Assembly (NCBI GenBank): GCA_002633005.1
Contig: NMRA01000160.1
Coordinates: 440,277 to 504,276 of the forward strand
DNA from: Phoronis australis
Taxonomy: Eukaryota > Animalia > Phoronida
DNA: 64,000 nucleotides
Direction of reading: 5' to 3'
This document shows positions 13,258 to 26,289 of the stretch, piece after piece. Numbering within the stretch: position 1 is the first letter of the stretch; every line of letters starts with the position of its first letter. The position numbers were made by a program, and so were the translations under genes. Under the pieces are notes generated by a model, which saw nothing but the letters and a program-made list of their open reading frames with translations, made no database searches and was not told the DNA's origin.

Positions 13258-13347
13258 AGTCACGTGTTCTCATTTAAAATACACGGCATTGTCTCCCGTA
13301 ATCTCGCGAAGTCTTGCTTTTTAGCGAGGTCCTAGCGTTACTGAACG
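13258..13347. mobile_element. Short MITE family, right half
   Basis: TCACGTGTTCTCATTTAAAATACACGGCA...TTTTAGCGAGGTCCTAGCGTTACTGAAC; matches 25296-25433 (inverted) and 55781-55905. Confidence 0.75.
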
Positions 13348-15832
13348 GTAGGCGGAATTGGCATTCTAGGGCTAGAATTCTATGCTTAGAATATTATTCA
13401 CAGGGATTAATCACAAGTCTCATTTCTTCACGAACTGAAGTTCATAAGAATCTCTTTGGACTGTCCCAGTCTTCTCAAACCCAATGTAAACCCCTTGAGT
13501 AAAGTTCTGTTGCAGTCTGGCCCTTTTGAGACATAATTTCCAACCCGAAAAGAATCCCTTTGAAGAGAATTTAAAGATGTTTAATGATTTCGATCAACTC
13601 GTTTTCTGAAAATGTCCCCTTTTCGATTTGAGTTTCATTTTTCACGGAGCGTAAAAACTTACTTTCAAATATCGAAACTCCAACAATTCGATTGCTTACT
13701 GAATTTGATAGCCGTGTAATTCATGCCAAATGATGTTGGGTGGATTTCGCAAGCTATTGTTTCACTTGCGACATCCATGAGACGGGTGCTACCATTGTTT
13801 TCCTTTGTTGCATCTTTGTTGGACAATACAGGTCGCTCGGATATCGTACCTTGGGCGCACATTAGTCGGTTACCGATAAATGCAACAATATCTTTATTAT
13901 AAGAAAGAAAAACAAAATGAACAATAGATAGTCCAGTCTATGCGACGAGCTTGTGCCCTAGTTTCCCGCGATCAGGAAATCTTATCTAAGGTCTTATTGT
14001 GCGGAGTCGGTAGAATTATTACTGCATTAGAGATGGCGTCAGGGCAACAAAACACTGGCTGAAACATCGTGGAGAAAAACCGGTTATTGTCGAATTTACA
14101 CTGATGCGGAACCATTGCTGATTTCCGTAAGGTGGGGTTCTTGCGCGTTCAGATTACACATTGAAATATTCGCTAGATGTCGCGATGTACTACAAGCAAA
14201 TCACCTTCACGATCGAGTATAAAGTGTTACAGAGCCCCAAGCCACGGGATCACAGCCAACGATAACAGATTGCTCACTGGGCATTACAGAGGTATTTGTG
14301 GCCGGTTACATGGAAAAGCCCCAAATGAGGACTCAACTATGTTCCTTAAATTGCGTACTTGTTCGTAAAATATTGGTTGTTCTAATGATGTTTTATTCTC
14401 GTTGCTAAGACATTTGACTTGACACGCATTAAGAGTGATCTCTATGCTGAATTCTCAATTTTATGGAAAACAATAGGGATATTTTCATGCAACGAATTAT
14501 TATAAGCGCCTACTTATTTTCATTGAAATAAGGTTCCATTTTAACTATATTATTAAAAATATTATTAAAAGGGTTATTAGTAAAAGAGAAGCTCACAATA
14601 AATGTAAAATGACAGAAAATGTTTGCGAGTAAACAAAGTCATGAATACGCAGAAGATTTAGGGTAGGGGTCCACGTCAGTTCTGCATAATTTCTTACCTT
14701 TACGAAGAATGTTGGGTAATGCACCGTTTACACCAAAGCCATTATGATTTATAAACGCGGTTTAAACTTAAAAACACTAGGCGAGATCTGAACAGTTTAA
14801 ATCGAATTGCCAGTGCATTGTGTACAGCGAAATTAAGAACTCGTTAAAATCAAAAGTTTCGCCAACAGATAAATTCCTTCGTCAGTGGAAAGCTCTATCC
14901 TGTTCACTCAACGATGCCAGCTTTTGATAAAACGATAGACTATAGCGCCTTTCTATTGAAGAGTTTCATTATTAGAATATCTTTTACAAGCCTGATGCGT
15001 GTTATAAAAGGATTTTGCATAACGAGTTCGTATAAATTTCGCCAAGTGGGTTGCTCTGCCATCAAGTTTGTTTTTACTTGGCGAATTTCAAGAAATTCAC
15101 ACGCAACCTCTAGTTCCACAAAAGCTGGAACCCTATTGTTTTTTTGTCATCATCGGATTCAAAATGGTGGACGTGGCAGCCATTTTGTTTTCGAATTCAG
15201 ATTCAAATGCTCCTTGAGGCCGTATTGTTTGACCTACATGTAGGCAATCGAAAATCATTGCTGAAGACGTGTACTACAAATGTACTGGAAATTATTTACT
15301 TTCAGTTAAAGATGGCGGGAATATCGGCCATTGCGCATGCGCACCTCAATTTTGGAATGAATTTTTCAAATTTTACTTTCTTATAACTGGCTATTATTAA
15401 GTGCTGCGTAACTGGAAGTTGCTTTCAAGATGGCGGATCTGACTCATTTTCACCCATTTTCAATTGTGCTGTGGTGTCATTTTGAACGGGAAAAGCAAAT
15501 GACGTGAATTTTTATATGTGGATCTTCTAAGATATACTCTTTCAAATGATTTGTAACAATTTTTTCTCTGACTTACCGTTTTGTAAGTTATTTGTCAGTT
15601 CCGTCAATGCCTTAGACAACAATTAAGTCATTTTGTCACGATGGTCTGAAGAGTATATACTCTCAATCAGTGACAAACTATCATTTCCAAAATTGCTTCT
15701 CATATGTGGAACTAGCTGAGACCAATTTTATTACTGAATTTGGTCTAAAGCAAAAATCCGTTTATTGGATGGAACGTGGACTTTTACTGACAAGAAGAGA
15801 ACACATGTTAATACCTGCACTTCATTGAGGTC

Positions 15833-15938
15833 GCCGGTTCCGCCGGATCAAGTGGCTCAGACATCCGATTGGTTGAAAAGTTGGAAGTCGCCATCGAGAA
15901 CCAATCAGATGTCTTAACTAGTTTATCCGGCGCCGGCA
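15833..15938. repeat. ~105-bp imperfect palindrome with two inverted CCAATC boxes
   Basis: GCCGGAT..AGACATCCGATTGGTT versus AACCAATCAGATGTCT..ATCCGGC. Confidence 0.6.
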
Positions 15939-16025
15939 ATCGAGGATGTCACTTAAGTGTAATTATGAATCTGCGCACTTTCCACCAAAATAAAAACAAA
16001 TCTCGATTTAGACAATGTAAAACAG

Positions 16026-16413
16026 GGCCCAGTCTCGAATCTTTTTACAAGAAATGGAACTCAAAAATATGTTTGGAACTTTTTACTCTACTTTTGGGCG
16101 AACTCAAGATAAGTGTCTATTATTCTATGCTCCAGTACATAATGACCTACGTGGATGATTTATTAGTCCTAGTTTGCAGTTGATAAATCCTACATTAAAG
16201 CTAAAAGTTCGAGTTTGAACTCGAAATTTCGAGTTTTTACTCGAGTTTGTAGCACGAATATAAGGGTCATCAAGTGCAAACTTGGACTAGAAACTCCCAC
16301 GCATCAACTATAAATATTCATTAAGCACAGTCTGATAACCACTTATCTTGAGCAGATCAATTGCCAAAAATAATTTCGAGTTCGTTTCGAGTACAAAGAT
16401 TAGAGACCGGGCC
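16026..16413. mobile_element. PIF/Harbinger MITE with CAG (CWG) TSD
   Basis: TIRs GGCCCAGTCTCGAATCTTT / AAAGATTAGAGACCGGGCC, CAG on both sides; internal GGGTCATCAAGTGCAAACT shared with copies at 27.3-27.7 kb and 63.5-64.0 kb. Confidence 0.8.
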
Positions 16414-17924
16414 CAGGTCTCAAATTGTCAGGTGACGGTATTGATTTCTGCGCATGAGCAAGATAAGACAGTAAGTGGCCACAATTTTCCCCAGTAACAC
16501 GCGATAACTAGCTAGTTCTTCCACTAGGCCACAAAATGTTCCTTATGAACCCGTGTAAGGCTGACTGGTACGGATCAAGAGCTATTTTTGACGGAAGACA
16601 TTATTATACCAGTTCGGTTTGAGACCTAGGTGACCGGAGATTAATCTTTGTACTCGAAATCGAACACAGGAAGTGGTGTGAAGTTTCCCCAGCCAAATAA
16701 TTGCCTAGGCAGACACCCGAGAGTTTCATTACTTGTATCGGGTTGTGTAGCAAAGGGCGGCTGACGTCAGCTGTAGCTGTTTCTAGCAGAGGTATTGCGA
16801 AAAAAGCTGGACGGCTGCTCTTCTGAATAGAAAATTTGGCACAGTTGTAACGTTTTGGTAACACCACCACCCAGCCGTACACTCAATGCAGAGGGAATTG
16901 AAATTTTTAAAATGTACATTGTAATTTCCAATCTCATTGGTAGCTGGACAGAATAGATTAATTGACATTAAGGAAATTTAACATCTGCTGTCAAATATTT
17001 AGAAATACTCAGTAGCCTTGTTTTACTTTTTAATAGATGTCGAGCATTTTCTAATTTCTTTACAGAAATTGCGATCGTTTGGTTCTTTTGTTATGAGTGG
17101 CAGTTGATCTCAAAAACTAAAATTATTGTCTCGTAATGCGTGCTCATAAAACCAGATTCAGTTATAATGTTACAAATAGGTAAAATACGTACACCTGCCG
17201 CTAGTATTTGGAACTAAACAAATAAGCGCGTAAATTGGCCTTCAAGAAAATCAAACAAATCACTGCGAATTTTATTTGAACAAAATAGGACAGTCGCCAA
17301 TGTACGGTCGTGGTATGGTTTTTTTATCAGCAAGTAAATTAACGGTGCTTAACACTTTGGGGCGAAATACCGTCACAAAGATAAACACTTGGCGACGAAA
17401 CGTAACTATTCGGAATTTCACAATTATAGCGCTTAATCGAATCCCAACTACCCCGAAGTATAAGCCAAACGCTCTACCTCTAAACTAAATTCAGAGCGTT
17501 AAATAACAGACACCTGTCTTGATTTCAGTAAGTGTCAGGCAGACAACAGCGAGAGTTGGGGATGAGTAATACAATCACAAATACACAGCGTATTCTGTTG
17601 TTTCATGGCTCTGGTCAAAAGTAACAACTTCACCTGTGAATTTTTTTCAATTCAAAAATAATTCCAAATTTCAAACCAATTAGGTGCTTTTATAGACTCT
17701 CTTGAACGATTACACCTGTAAATTTGATTCCTACAGTATGCTAAGAGCATCGCTCTGAGCACACAAGTCCAATAAATTGCCGTTAGGCATATTGGCTAGC
17801 TTTTGTCAAGGGTCACGGCGAGAATCAGATTTTAATTCAAACAGCTGCAAACAACACCCGCATGCTATGGTGTTCTATTCAGACCCCTATTTACTACAAC
17901 TGTTACATGTATAGCCAAAACGTA

Positions 17925-18555
17925 AAGAGTTTCAGGACGCATTTTTATATTCAAGAATTAAATTCTTTGCAGGACCAGAAAATAAACTCAAAAACAAAAT
18001 TTATCGCGTCAGGACCTATAATTCATCACGTCAGGACCAAATTTTAAAACGGGGCGCCAGAAAACAAATTAAAGTTATTTCGTCAGGAAAATTTTACACG
18101 TCAGCGAAAATGTCATAAAAGGAGGCCACGTGACCATCCACGAGCACGCCACCCCTCAAAGAGATGACGTAATAGGTACACAATGTGCCGCCGACGACAG
18201 TCACATTATCGTGACAATGCTGTAGGCTCTTCCACGTTTTACAATAAAAGCCAATGTACACTTTGACACCCTATAAATACGGTTGAGTATTACAGAAACC
18301 CCGGCAGCGGTTCGTCATTGACATATGGTCTCTTGGCCTGAAATTTTCTCTTGGCCTGAAATTTTCTCTTGGCCTGAAATTTTCTTCTGGCAAGAATTAA
18401 ATTCTATGTCCTGGTATGATAAATTCTGTGACTGTGTGTCCTGACGTGATAAATTATGGGTTCTGGCGCGATAAATTTTGGTCGGGTTTTGAGTATATTT
18501 TTCTGCTCCTGCAGAGAATTTAATTCTTGAATAGAAGTTTGTTCTGAATTTTTGT
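17925..18555. mobile_element. Foldback-type MITE with ~110-bp inverted arms and an internal 19-bp triple repeat
   Basis: TATTCAAGAATTAAATTCT..TCACGTCAGGAC inverted as GTCCTGACGTGA..AGAATTTAATTCTTGAATA; (TCTCTTGGCCTGAAATTTT)x3 at ~18330-18385. Confidence 0.7.
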
Positions 18556-18786
18556 CCATTTTCGCGGGCGGACCCAGGATTTTGAGTTTGGGGAGGCCAG
18601 GATAGAGTACTCGTCAGATAATCGCGTCTTCAAGGCAGTGCCAAAAAGGGGAGAGGTACGTGGGGAGGTAGATTTCGCTATCCCGTCTTGGAGAAGTTTT
18701 GATTTAGTGTCCCATATTTTCACTTAGAGCTCTGGTATACAGATCTCGATCAGTGAGGTCACTTTTCACAAGATGCAGATCGACTG

Positions 18787-18955
18787 CACTGAGGGGCGGC
18801 CGGATGCAGGATTTTGACTTAGGGGGATCCGGGCAGAGTATTAGCCAAGATTTTACCCGTCAGACATTCGCACCCCCGAACTGCCATATGGAACTTCTGG
18901 GAGAATTTAGGGGGGCATGGCCCCTTGCCCCCCCCCCCCCCTAAATCCGCCACTG
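18787..18955. mobile_element. hAT-like MITE related to 5913-6208
   Basis: GGGGCGG..GGATGCAGGATTTTGA...AAATCCGCCACTG; GACTG on both flanks; a related left-end fragment starts near 18565. Confidence 0.65.
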
Positions 18956-19859
18956 GACTGCAACTGTGACCTCATCGCATGTTGAATTCCGTAATAGGAT
19001 TACCGGATTACTTCTTTCTGGTTACGCTTTCAAGGATGTCGCCTTTGAGTAGTCTCAATTGCCTGTACAGCTTAGGATGACATGTTTCCAGGTGCTCAGC
19101 AAGAATTAGTCACTTCCATTCTGAAGTCTATCAAAGCCATGAAAATACCGGCACTTTCGCAAGAGTCATCATCGCGGTGGCCCCACGACGGGTCAGTGCT
19201 ATACCTCAGTCATTGCCTCCAAAACACCATACGTACACTTAATCAACGAGGTGATAACTTCTCTATTTCTCTGAATGCGTACATTCTGAGAATCGAATAT
19301 CTACTACTCTAGGTATGTAGAAAGGTTTCCCGTGTAGTCACAGAGTCGGTTAAGATGATATTCGCAGGTCGCGTGTGAGGCGTCTTTCTAGTTGATAGTG
19401 CTCTAAAAAGAGTTCCTTGGGGCGACGTTGTGAACAGTCTGGGAACAAAACGAAACTAACCATCACTTCTTTTGAAGATACTACAAACTTATTTTCTCCA
19501 ACCAGACGTTTCTAGGGCTCTTGTCGTCATGAGTCTTCGGTGGAAGTTTGTAAGAAGGTGACGGATTTCTGTTTTAAATTTGTTCTCGTCGACATGTTGA
19601 CGTAGATGCTAATATTGTAAATATTTGTTTTAGTGTACATGTCGTGTACTGCATTCGGGATCATACTCAGAATCATTCCGATCACAAAGCTGACCGTCCA
19701 TTTGACTATTGACTGTGCTTTATCGTCTTCCTTGGCATGATTGAGAGGCCTTGTACTGCAGAGAAAGGTACGTCCATGCAGCTTAACAAAGATGCAATGT
19801 GGTGCGTACTGCCAGTTTAACAAAAAAAAATAGCTACCACTGATGCAATGAGGGAGCAG

Positions 19860-20003
19860 TGGGCGGCGCACCATAGGGGGCTGGGGGCTATCATAGCCCT
19901 TCACTCATTTTTCTCTGCTACACAGCACATGGTCTACAGGCGCTGCACCACAGGGGGGCTGAGGGGGCTTTAGCCCCCCACTTTTTTCAGTGCTGCGCCG
20001 CCC
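19860..20003. repeat. Dimeric GC-rich hairpin element (copy of 2894-3040)
   Basis: TGGGCGGCGCACCATAGGGGGCTGGGG...CAGTGCTGCGCCGCCCA. Confidence 0.75.
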
Positions 20004-20179
20004 AAGTGGACGGAGGTGCTTCAGTGAAAAACTGCCAGTTGTCATACCAGACAAAAGACTCGCGGGCTTGGCAGTTAACAAAGGAGGTAGATGTTATCAC
20101 ACGCTCACGACCCGGTTAGATCGAGGGCCTCTAGGTGTGGTCAAAGTCATTGAACGGGAGAACGCCCTAACGGCTATCA

Positions 20180-23100
20180 AAAGTGACAGATAGTTGGTTA
20201 GTTGGTTGACATCCCACATCCAATAGCTGCCCCACTTGGTGGTCAAATCGTACCTATAAGGGACAGACAGTTGGTTATTTAGTTGACACCAACATCCAAT
20301 AGCTGGTCCACTATGCAGGTGGACCAACAATCACAGACAGAAACAGCCACGAAGATGTAGTTAGTGGTTGACATCCACCATCCAATAGCTGCCCTACGTG
20401 GTGGTCAAATCCAAAGCGAAAATCAGCTGGTTACGACATCCAACATCGAATAGCTGCCCCACCTGGTGGTCATAAGGTCAAAGGTACGGAGACAGCTACT
20501 CAGAATCTTACTTGGATGTCAAACTAATACTAGTTAGGTGTACACGTTACTACTGCCACACGGGTGGTCAAATTGTAAAACTATCCCATGAAAGAATTAG
20601 TTTGATAGTTGGCTGACATCCAATACTTGCCCCACCTGGTGGTCAACCAAACGGACAGCTGGTTAGTTGGCTGACACCCAACATCCAATACTTGCACACC
20701 TGGTGGTCAAATCTTAAAGCTATCCAAGGGAGAGTCAGCTGCTTAGTTGCTTGATATCCAACATACAGTAGGTGCCCGACCTGGTTATCAAATCGTACCT
20801 ATCCAAAGGGACAGAGGGCTTGTTAGTTGGTTGACATCCAACATCAATACCTGCTCCACCTGGTGGTCAAGTCTTTTAAAAAGCTATCCAAAGAGAGTCA
20901 GCTGGTTACTTTAGTTGGTTTACGTCCAACATCCAGTTGCTGGCCCACCTGGTGGTGAAAAGATCAGACGGACGGACAGGTACCCAGGCGTAGTTAGTGG
21001 GCTGGCATCCAACATCCAATAGTAAATTTTAATGTAATTGTTAAGAAAACAATATATTTTTAAAATGTAAGCAAATTGTTTTAAAAGTAAAACAGATTAA
21101 AAAAGAAAATCACAGAAAACAACTTTGAAAAATCTTCGTATTTAAAATGGAAAAAATGAAAGTAACTCCTATTCAAAAAGAAAATCCGATATAAACAATT
21201 TTAAAAGTTTTTCAATGTGAGACAGGTTTAAAACCAAAATAGAATCACTATTAAAGACAAAACTCATTGATATGTTTGTAAACAGATCATACTGATACCA
21301 AGGAAATTACACATAACAGCAGTGACAATCATGTTAACGACAAACACAGATCTTTTATAATACTGGATGGAGACTGCAGTGGAATGAAAATTAATATGTT
21401 GTTACATAGTTGGTGCGTTTATTAATGCTTAAGGAAGATGGCTTCAGAAAAACATGTAAAGATACACAGAGCATCTGATTATTGAATTTTGAGGCGCCAC
21501 TTGGGGTTGACTCGTTTACTACAATTTGTTATAGATTATTGTGAACTTGATGCATTTTACTGCGCACAACATGGCTTAGGAGACATGTCAAGATGGAGAC
21601 AATTTGATTTTTGAATTTTCTAATGTCACTCATGGTAGGTGCACTAGCAGTTGACTTGTACACCTACATACCCTGTATTTATATGTGCACAACAATTAAA
21701 CATTCTGCTATTCGCAGGCTTAAAGTTTAGTGGATAGATTCAAGCTTTGACCATCGGGTGGGGCAGCTACTGGATGTTGGATGTCGAACAACTGACCAGC
21801 TGACTCTCGCTTTGGATAGTTTAACCAAGGAGTGTACGAGTATAGGAGAGTTCACTCCGCCATTTTACCATTCGCCGCAATGGTTACCGGTCGAAACACT
21901 AGCGCTCCAAGCGGTGAATAATCAATACTTACTTAGGAGCGCAGTCCGAACAATGTAAACACTGATGAATTCATACTTTAATGACGTTCAACGTGCAATA
22001 AAATTACTGTGTGATTGAAAATGGTTAGAATACGTAAACTAACATCCACTTATAATCGAATGAGAATGAAAATGTGTATTTTAATCAATATTAAAGTGTA
22101 TTTGTTTTTATTCTTTTGAAGCTCCCTTCAAAATCTATCACGGTTTTGTTTCATGTTTGAGTTCTTAACAAGGCAAATTATCTTTCCTTATAACAGTTCA
22201 TACCTCCATGGACAATAAAATTTGAATGATTGCTCCTGGGGGTTCAGAGGGTAATTCCCCACAGGTGACAGCTAAGGGGGTACAAGGCAAAAACCATGTG
22301 GGCGCCAAATGGGTGTTGACCATCTCCCAGGGGGGTTACATGGGAGGAGTGCTAAACAGGTAAAAACCAATGGGGTATGCCACATGGGTGTTGAGCCATT
22401 CCCATTGTCATAAATTTTGGTTGCTCCCCTGACCATTGACAAACATGTTGCTCCCAGCTCACTGCTGGTTTCACCTCCACCCAATTTCGCATGTGTTCCT
22501 TATTCAATGCACCAGGATACTAACAATGTGAATAATTGTTTGGTGTAGTGGGTGTTACACATGTAAGAAGAAGAAAGCAATTCATCACTACCACAAAATC
22601 GTAATATAATTTTAGAACATCCCATTATTTCTTAGACATTCCAGCATAGGGTAAACTCGATTGCACTCTCCCACGCGCGCACCCAGGGGGCTCGGGGGGC
22701 TTGAACGAGACAAAAAGTCCGAGAAAATGGGACAAAAGTCCACTAAAGAAACGGAAACGCGCAATTCACAGTGGTGGTCCCCGTTTTTTTTTTTTTAGTC
22801 CGCCCACTCACTTGTTAGCAAAAGGTCTACATCGTCGGGAATTCGAGCCCCCCCCACATTGAGTATATCCCCACCATAACCAGTCCAAGCTCAAAATGTC
22901 ATGACAAAAAAGTTAAGAGGTGCTGAACAGCAATCAAAATATTCACTAGCCACACAACTTCATACAAAACTGAATTAAAAAGACTTTTAATGGATGATAA
23001 AACTAAAATTTTTATTTTCTATACCCACTGTTCATATTATCAATAACAGTAAATATTTCAGGATGCTTAGGAAACCTACAAAATGACACGTGTGGGGTTG

Positions 23101-23497
23101 TCGTGGCATCGGATCAATTCATGCAATTTATCGCACTGCAAAATTTGTCCGTCCCCATTGTTTTGGCGCTTCCTGGTTGAGCGTAGCTTGTTCACCACTT
23201 GGCGGCGCTAGTAGTAGCGGTAACAGCGAACTCACAAGTGAACTCTCCTATACTACTACACTCCTTGGTTTAACATTTGACCACCAGGTGGGGCAACTAT
23301 CGGATGTTAATAGTTTATCATGAACTAACCATCTGTCTGTCCCTTTGGCCATCGGATAGGTACGAATTGACCACCAGGTTGGGCAGGTATTGGATGTCAA
23401 GCCAACACGCAAACTAACTCTTTCTTCGGATAGTTTTACAATTTGACCACCAGGTGTGACAGTAGTAACGTGTACACTTCGCTAGTTGTTTGACATC
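20180..23497. mobile_element. Foldback-like element with modular inverted arms built of CCACCTGGTGGTCAA units
   Basis: About 10 units at 20.2-21.0 kb; reverse-complement units at 21748-21824 and 23270-23497; 20515-20645 pairs with 23367-23497; AT-rich centre. Confidence 0.75.
21825..23268. mobile_element. Non-autonomous piggyBac-like element with TTTAA flanks
   Basis: TIRs CCAAGGAGTGTACGAGTATAGGAGAGTTCAC / GTGAACTCTCCTATACTACTACACTCCTTGG; TTTAA at 21820-21824 and 23269-23273; splits one host repeat unit. Confidence 0.8.
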
Positions 23498-25295
23498 AAT
23501 GTCGACAAGCCTGTATATTTAGTGATAAATTTCAACTCAGTAAATATGTGAAAGAACTTCATCCTGCAGAATATTTGATTGATGGCTCTTATACTAATGT
23601 GCCATTAATTGGATCACGTGACCATGCCTTTTGTAGTAAAAGCGAGCATTGAAACCAAAACAACGGTAGGATGTCCCTGAGAAATTCGTTTGAAATTAAC
23701 GCTCAATATGAAATCTTAAAAAGTTGGTTTTCGAAAGCGTTCGTTTTTGACTAATGCATTTTTTCATGGAAATTAAAAAGTCCTACTTCTAGATAGTCCT
23801 TTATTCAAAAGTAAAAGATCATAAAGTGCTTAAAATCCCCTATTTTATATGAAAAACATCAGAAAAAAAACATCCCAACCACTCGACCAACTTGAACTAT
23901 CAAATTAGAACATCCGCAAGCGCTATCTGACGATATAGGTGATCTCGACACCACGTGAAATTTGAACAACCAACTCATTCTCAATTGTGTTTACTATGAA
24001 AAGTAGTAGAGACGTTCCCATGGTTTTGATGTGCGCACCTTCGGGGCGGGGAGGGGCTCGAATGAGCACCTCAATTTGGCGAAGTGGGCAAAAAGGTACG
24101 CCAACAGAAACTCCGACAAAAGTAGAAAACGAGACAGAAAACCACGAAAAAAGCAGGAACTACCAAAATTCGGCGAATGCACAAATTCATTGCCTTGAAC
24201 GTACTCCGTGAATCATGGTAAAAGGTCCACATTCTCAAAATTCGAGCAATTTGATTTTTAGTCTGGGTGCCCGCATGTTCATGTACAACAAGGAAAGGTG
24301 AGGCGTTGCGTTTGTGATGATTGTGACTTAAGTAGTACACAGTTATGGCTCAAGTTTGCACAAAAAACTTGCGTGAATGTGGACCTGACACAGTGATGCT
24401 CATGGTTACGTTCATACGTCACACTGATTCGCGTGGAGCTAAGAAACTTTCCACCAATTAAATCGTTTTTTGTATTTCCTCGTTTTTTTTGGGATATTGA
24501 ATTCATGATTGGGGCTTGCAGTGATATAAAAGAAGGTTTAATGCAGTCACTTGTCAAAACAAGGAAAACGGTGGTTTTAAGCACTTTAAAAAGCAAGACT
24601 CGATCCTATAACAACGTTTTGGGGAACACCGCATAAAGAATAGTTTCTGAAAATTTCATACGATGTTCCGACGTTAGCCACATTTGGACGAACATTCTTT
24701 AGGGTTCTTGCAGTAATTAGCTTTAACCGGAGGGACAAAGCAATAGGGTCCTTTCTTTTCGCGATTTTATTAGAAATCGTCACGTCGATCCTCGCCGTTG
24801 TCTATAGTACCCGACATTCGCTGAAATCGAAGCCGGTGTCTTTACCAATGCACCTAAAATTTTACCGCTACGTACTCGTCGAGTTTGGCACAGCCGCGAC
24901 AGAACTTTGGCTGACACTGCGGTTTAGTGGGTACGATTCCGTGATACTTCCTGTGCAAATTTACCTTTCTGCAGACAAAGGAGTCTAAAAACGAGGTTAA
25001 ACAAAATAAAGTTAGGAGTCACTATATTTGGGCTAGAAATAATTCAATATCAATGCCGGTAGTGTATAAAACGACAGTTTTTATAAAAACCAAGTCAAGT
25101 CAACTTGGCGCCTAACAGCAAGTCATGTTTAGAATCAATTAAACATACATGTAATGCCCCATTTTACAGTGCCAACGTAGTCGGAACAGTCCAACAGCAA
25201 ACGTTTACCAGCACTTCCCTAACAGGAGAATGTATGGTTCAGCGGTTTGAACTCCAGGCTCCCGTTTGGGAGACCCGGTTTAAATCCTGCTTCCC

Positions 25296-25433
25296 GTTCA
25301 GCAACGCTAGGACCTCGCTAAAAAGCAAGACTTCATGAGATTACGTGAGCTATTGCCGTGTATTTTAAATGAGAACACGTGACTTTGACTAGGTTATAGC
25401 TAGGTCCTAGCGTAGGTCCTAGCGGCTACTGAA
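25296..25433. mobile_element. Short MITE with GTTCAGYAACGCTAGGACC TIRs
   Basis: GTTCAGCAACGCTAGGACC...GGTCCTAGCGGCTACTGAAC; three copies in the window. Confidence 0.75.
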
Positions 25434-26014
25434 CGCACGCCTGGTCTTACTTGAAGACAACAGCATTGCACAAAGGTGTCTCCTACTGCCCTGAGCTCCG
25501 TCTCAGAGAATGCATGCAAGGGAATGAATGAGAACTTGGATATCACGAGAAAGCGATTTCTGGGGCTGTGCTCGTATTTTTTAAGTTCCCCGAAACCACA
25601 CGAAATTGTACTCAGTGGTAGGGTGTCAATATTAATACCAAGACTGGAAAGAAATGAGAGAATCAATGTTTAATCTGTTAAATCTTCCATTAGTTCGTAC
25701 AAAATTGTAGCAATTATTGTTTCACTGGATATGCAGTGGACCAAAAATTAAAAGATTAAATGAGATGTACGAATCAATGGAAGAAAAAGGGGAAACCCAA
25801 ATTGAGCTTGCAAAACATACAAACGCACCACAGTATCACACAAAATTCCACCACTTCCAAACCTGGATAGTGACTAATTAGCACATTTCAACACATTAAT
25901 AAGTTCATGATTACATGGCAATAATCAGATACACATTGATTTACTGACTGGATAAATAACAATATTCCAAGACCAATATATACATGTACAAACAATTAAT
26001 GAGGTGAAACTAGT

Positions 26015-26289
26015 GGTCTGTTACAAGATAAGTAACTCAAGACTCTAGTCAGAAATTTGGTGTCATGATTCACATAAACAGTTACAGGTATGAAAAATAA
26101 TTAAACCTCATTTAAGCAAAAGTAGAATACTCACGCACAACCACTAGTTACTAAAAAAATAACCTATTTCAAGACTGCGATGCACTCATAATAACGTGGC
26201 TAAAACTATATTCAGCAATTTTGAAGTAGGAGAGGCAAGACCAAATTTCTGACTTAAGTCTTATTAAGTCATTTTTCTTGAAACAGACC
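26015..26289. mobile_element. MITE-like ~50-bp inverted repeat about 0.9 kb downstream of the NEDD4 stop
   Basis: GGTCTGTTACAAGA..AGTCAGAAATTTGGT versus ACCAAATTTCTGACT..TCTTGAAACAGACC. Confidence 0.65.

Noticed and set aside
20180-21022. Repeat-spacer array resembling CRISPR
   Set aside because: Repeats are degenerate, the spacers are related to each other, and the array is mirrored as an inverted arm, as in a foldback transposon.
25230-25295. tRNA gene
   Set aside because: Only degenerate A- and B-box-like words, no cloverleaf, and cut by a MITE; at most a SINE remnant.
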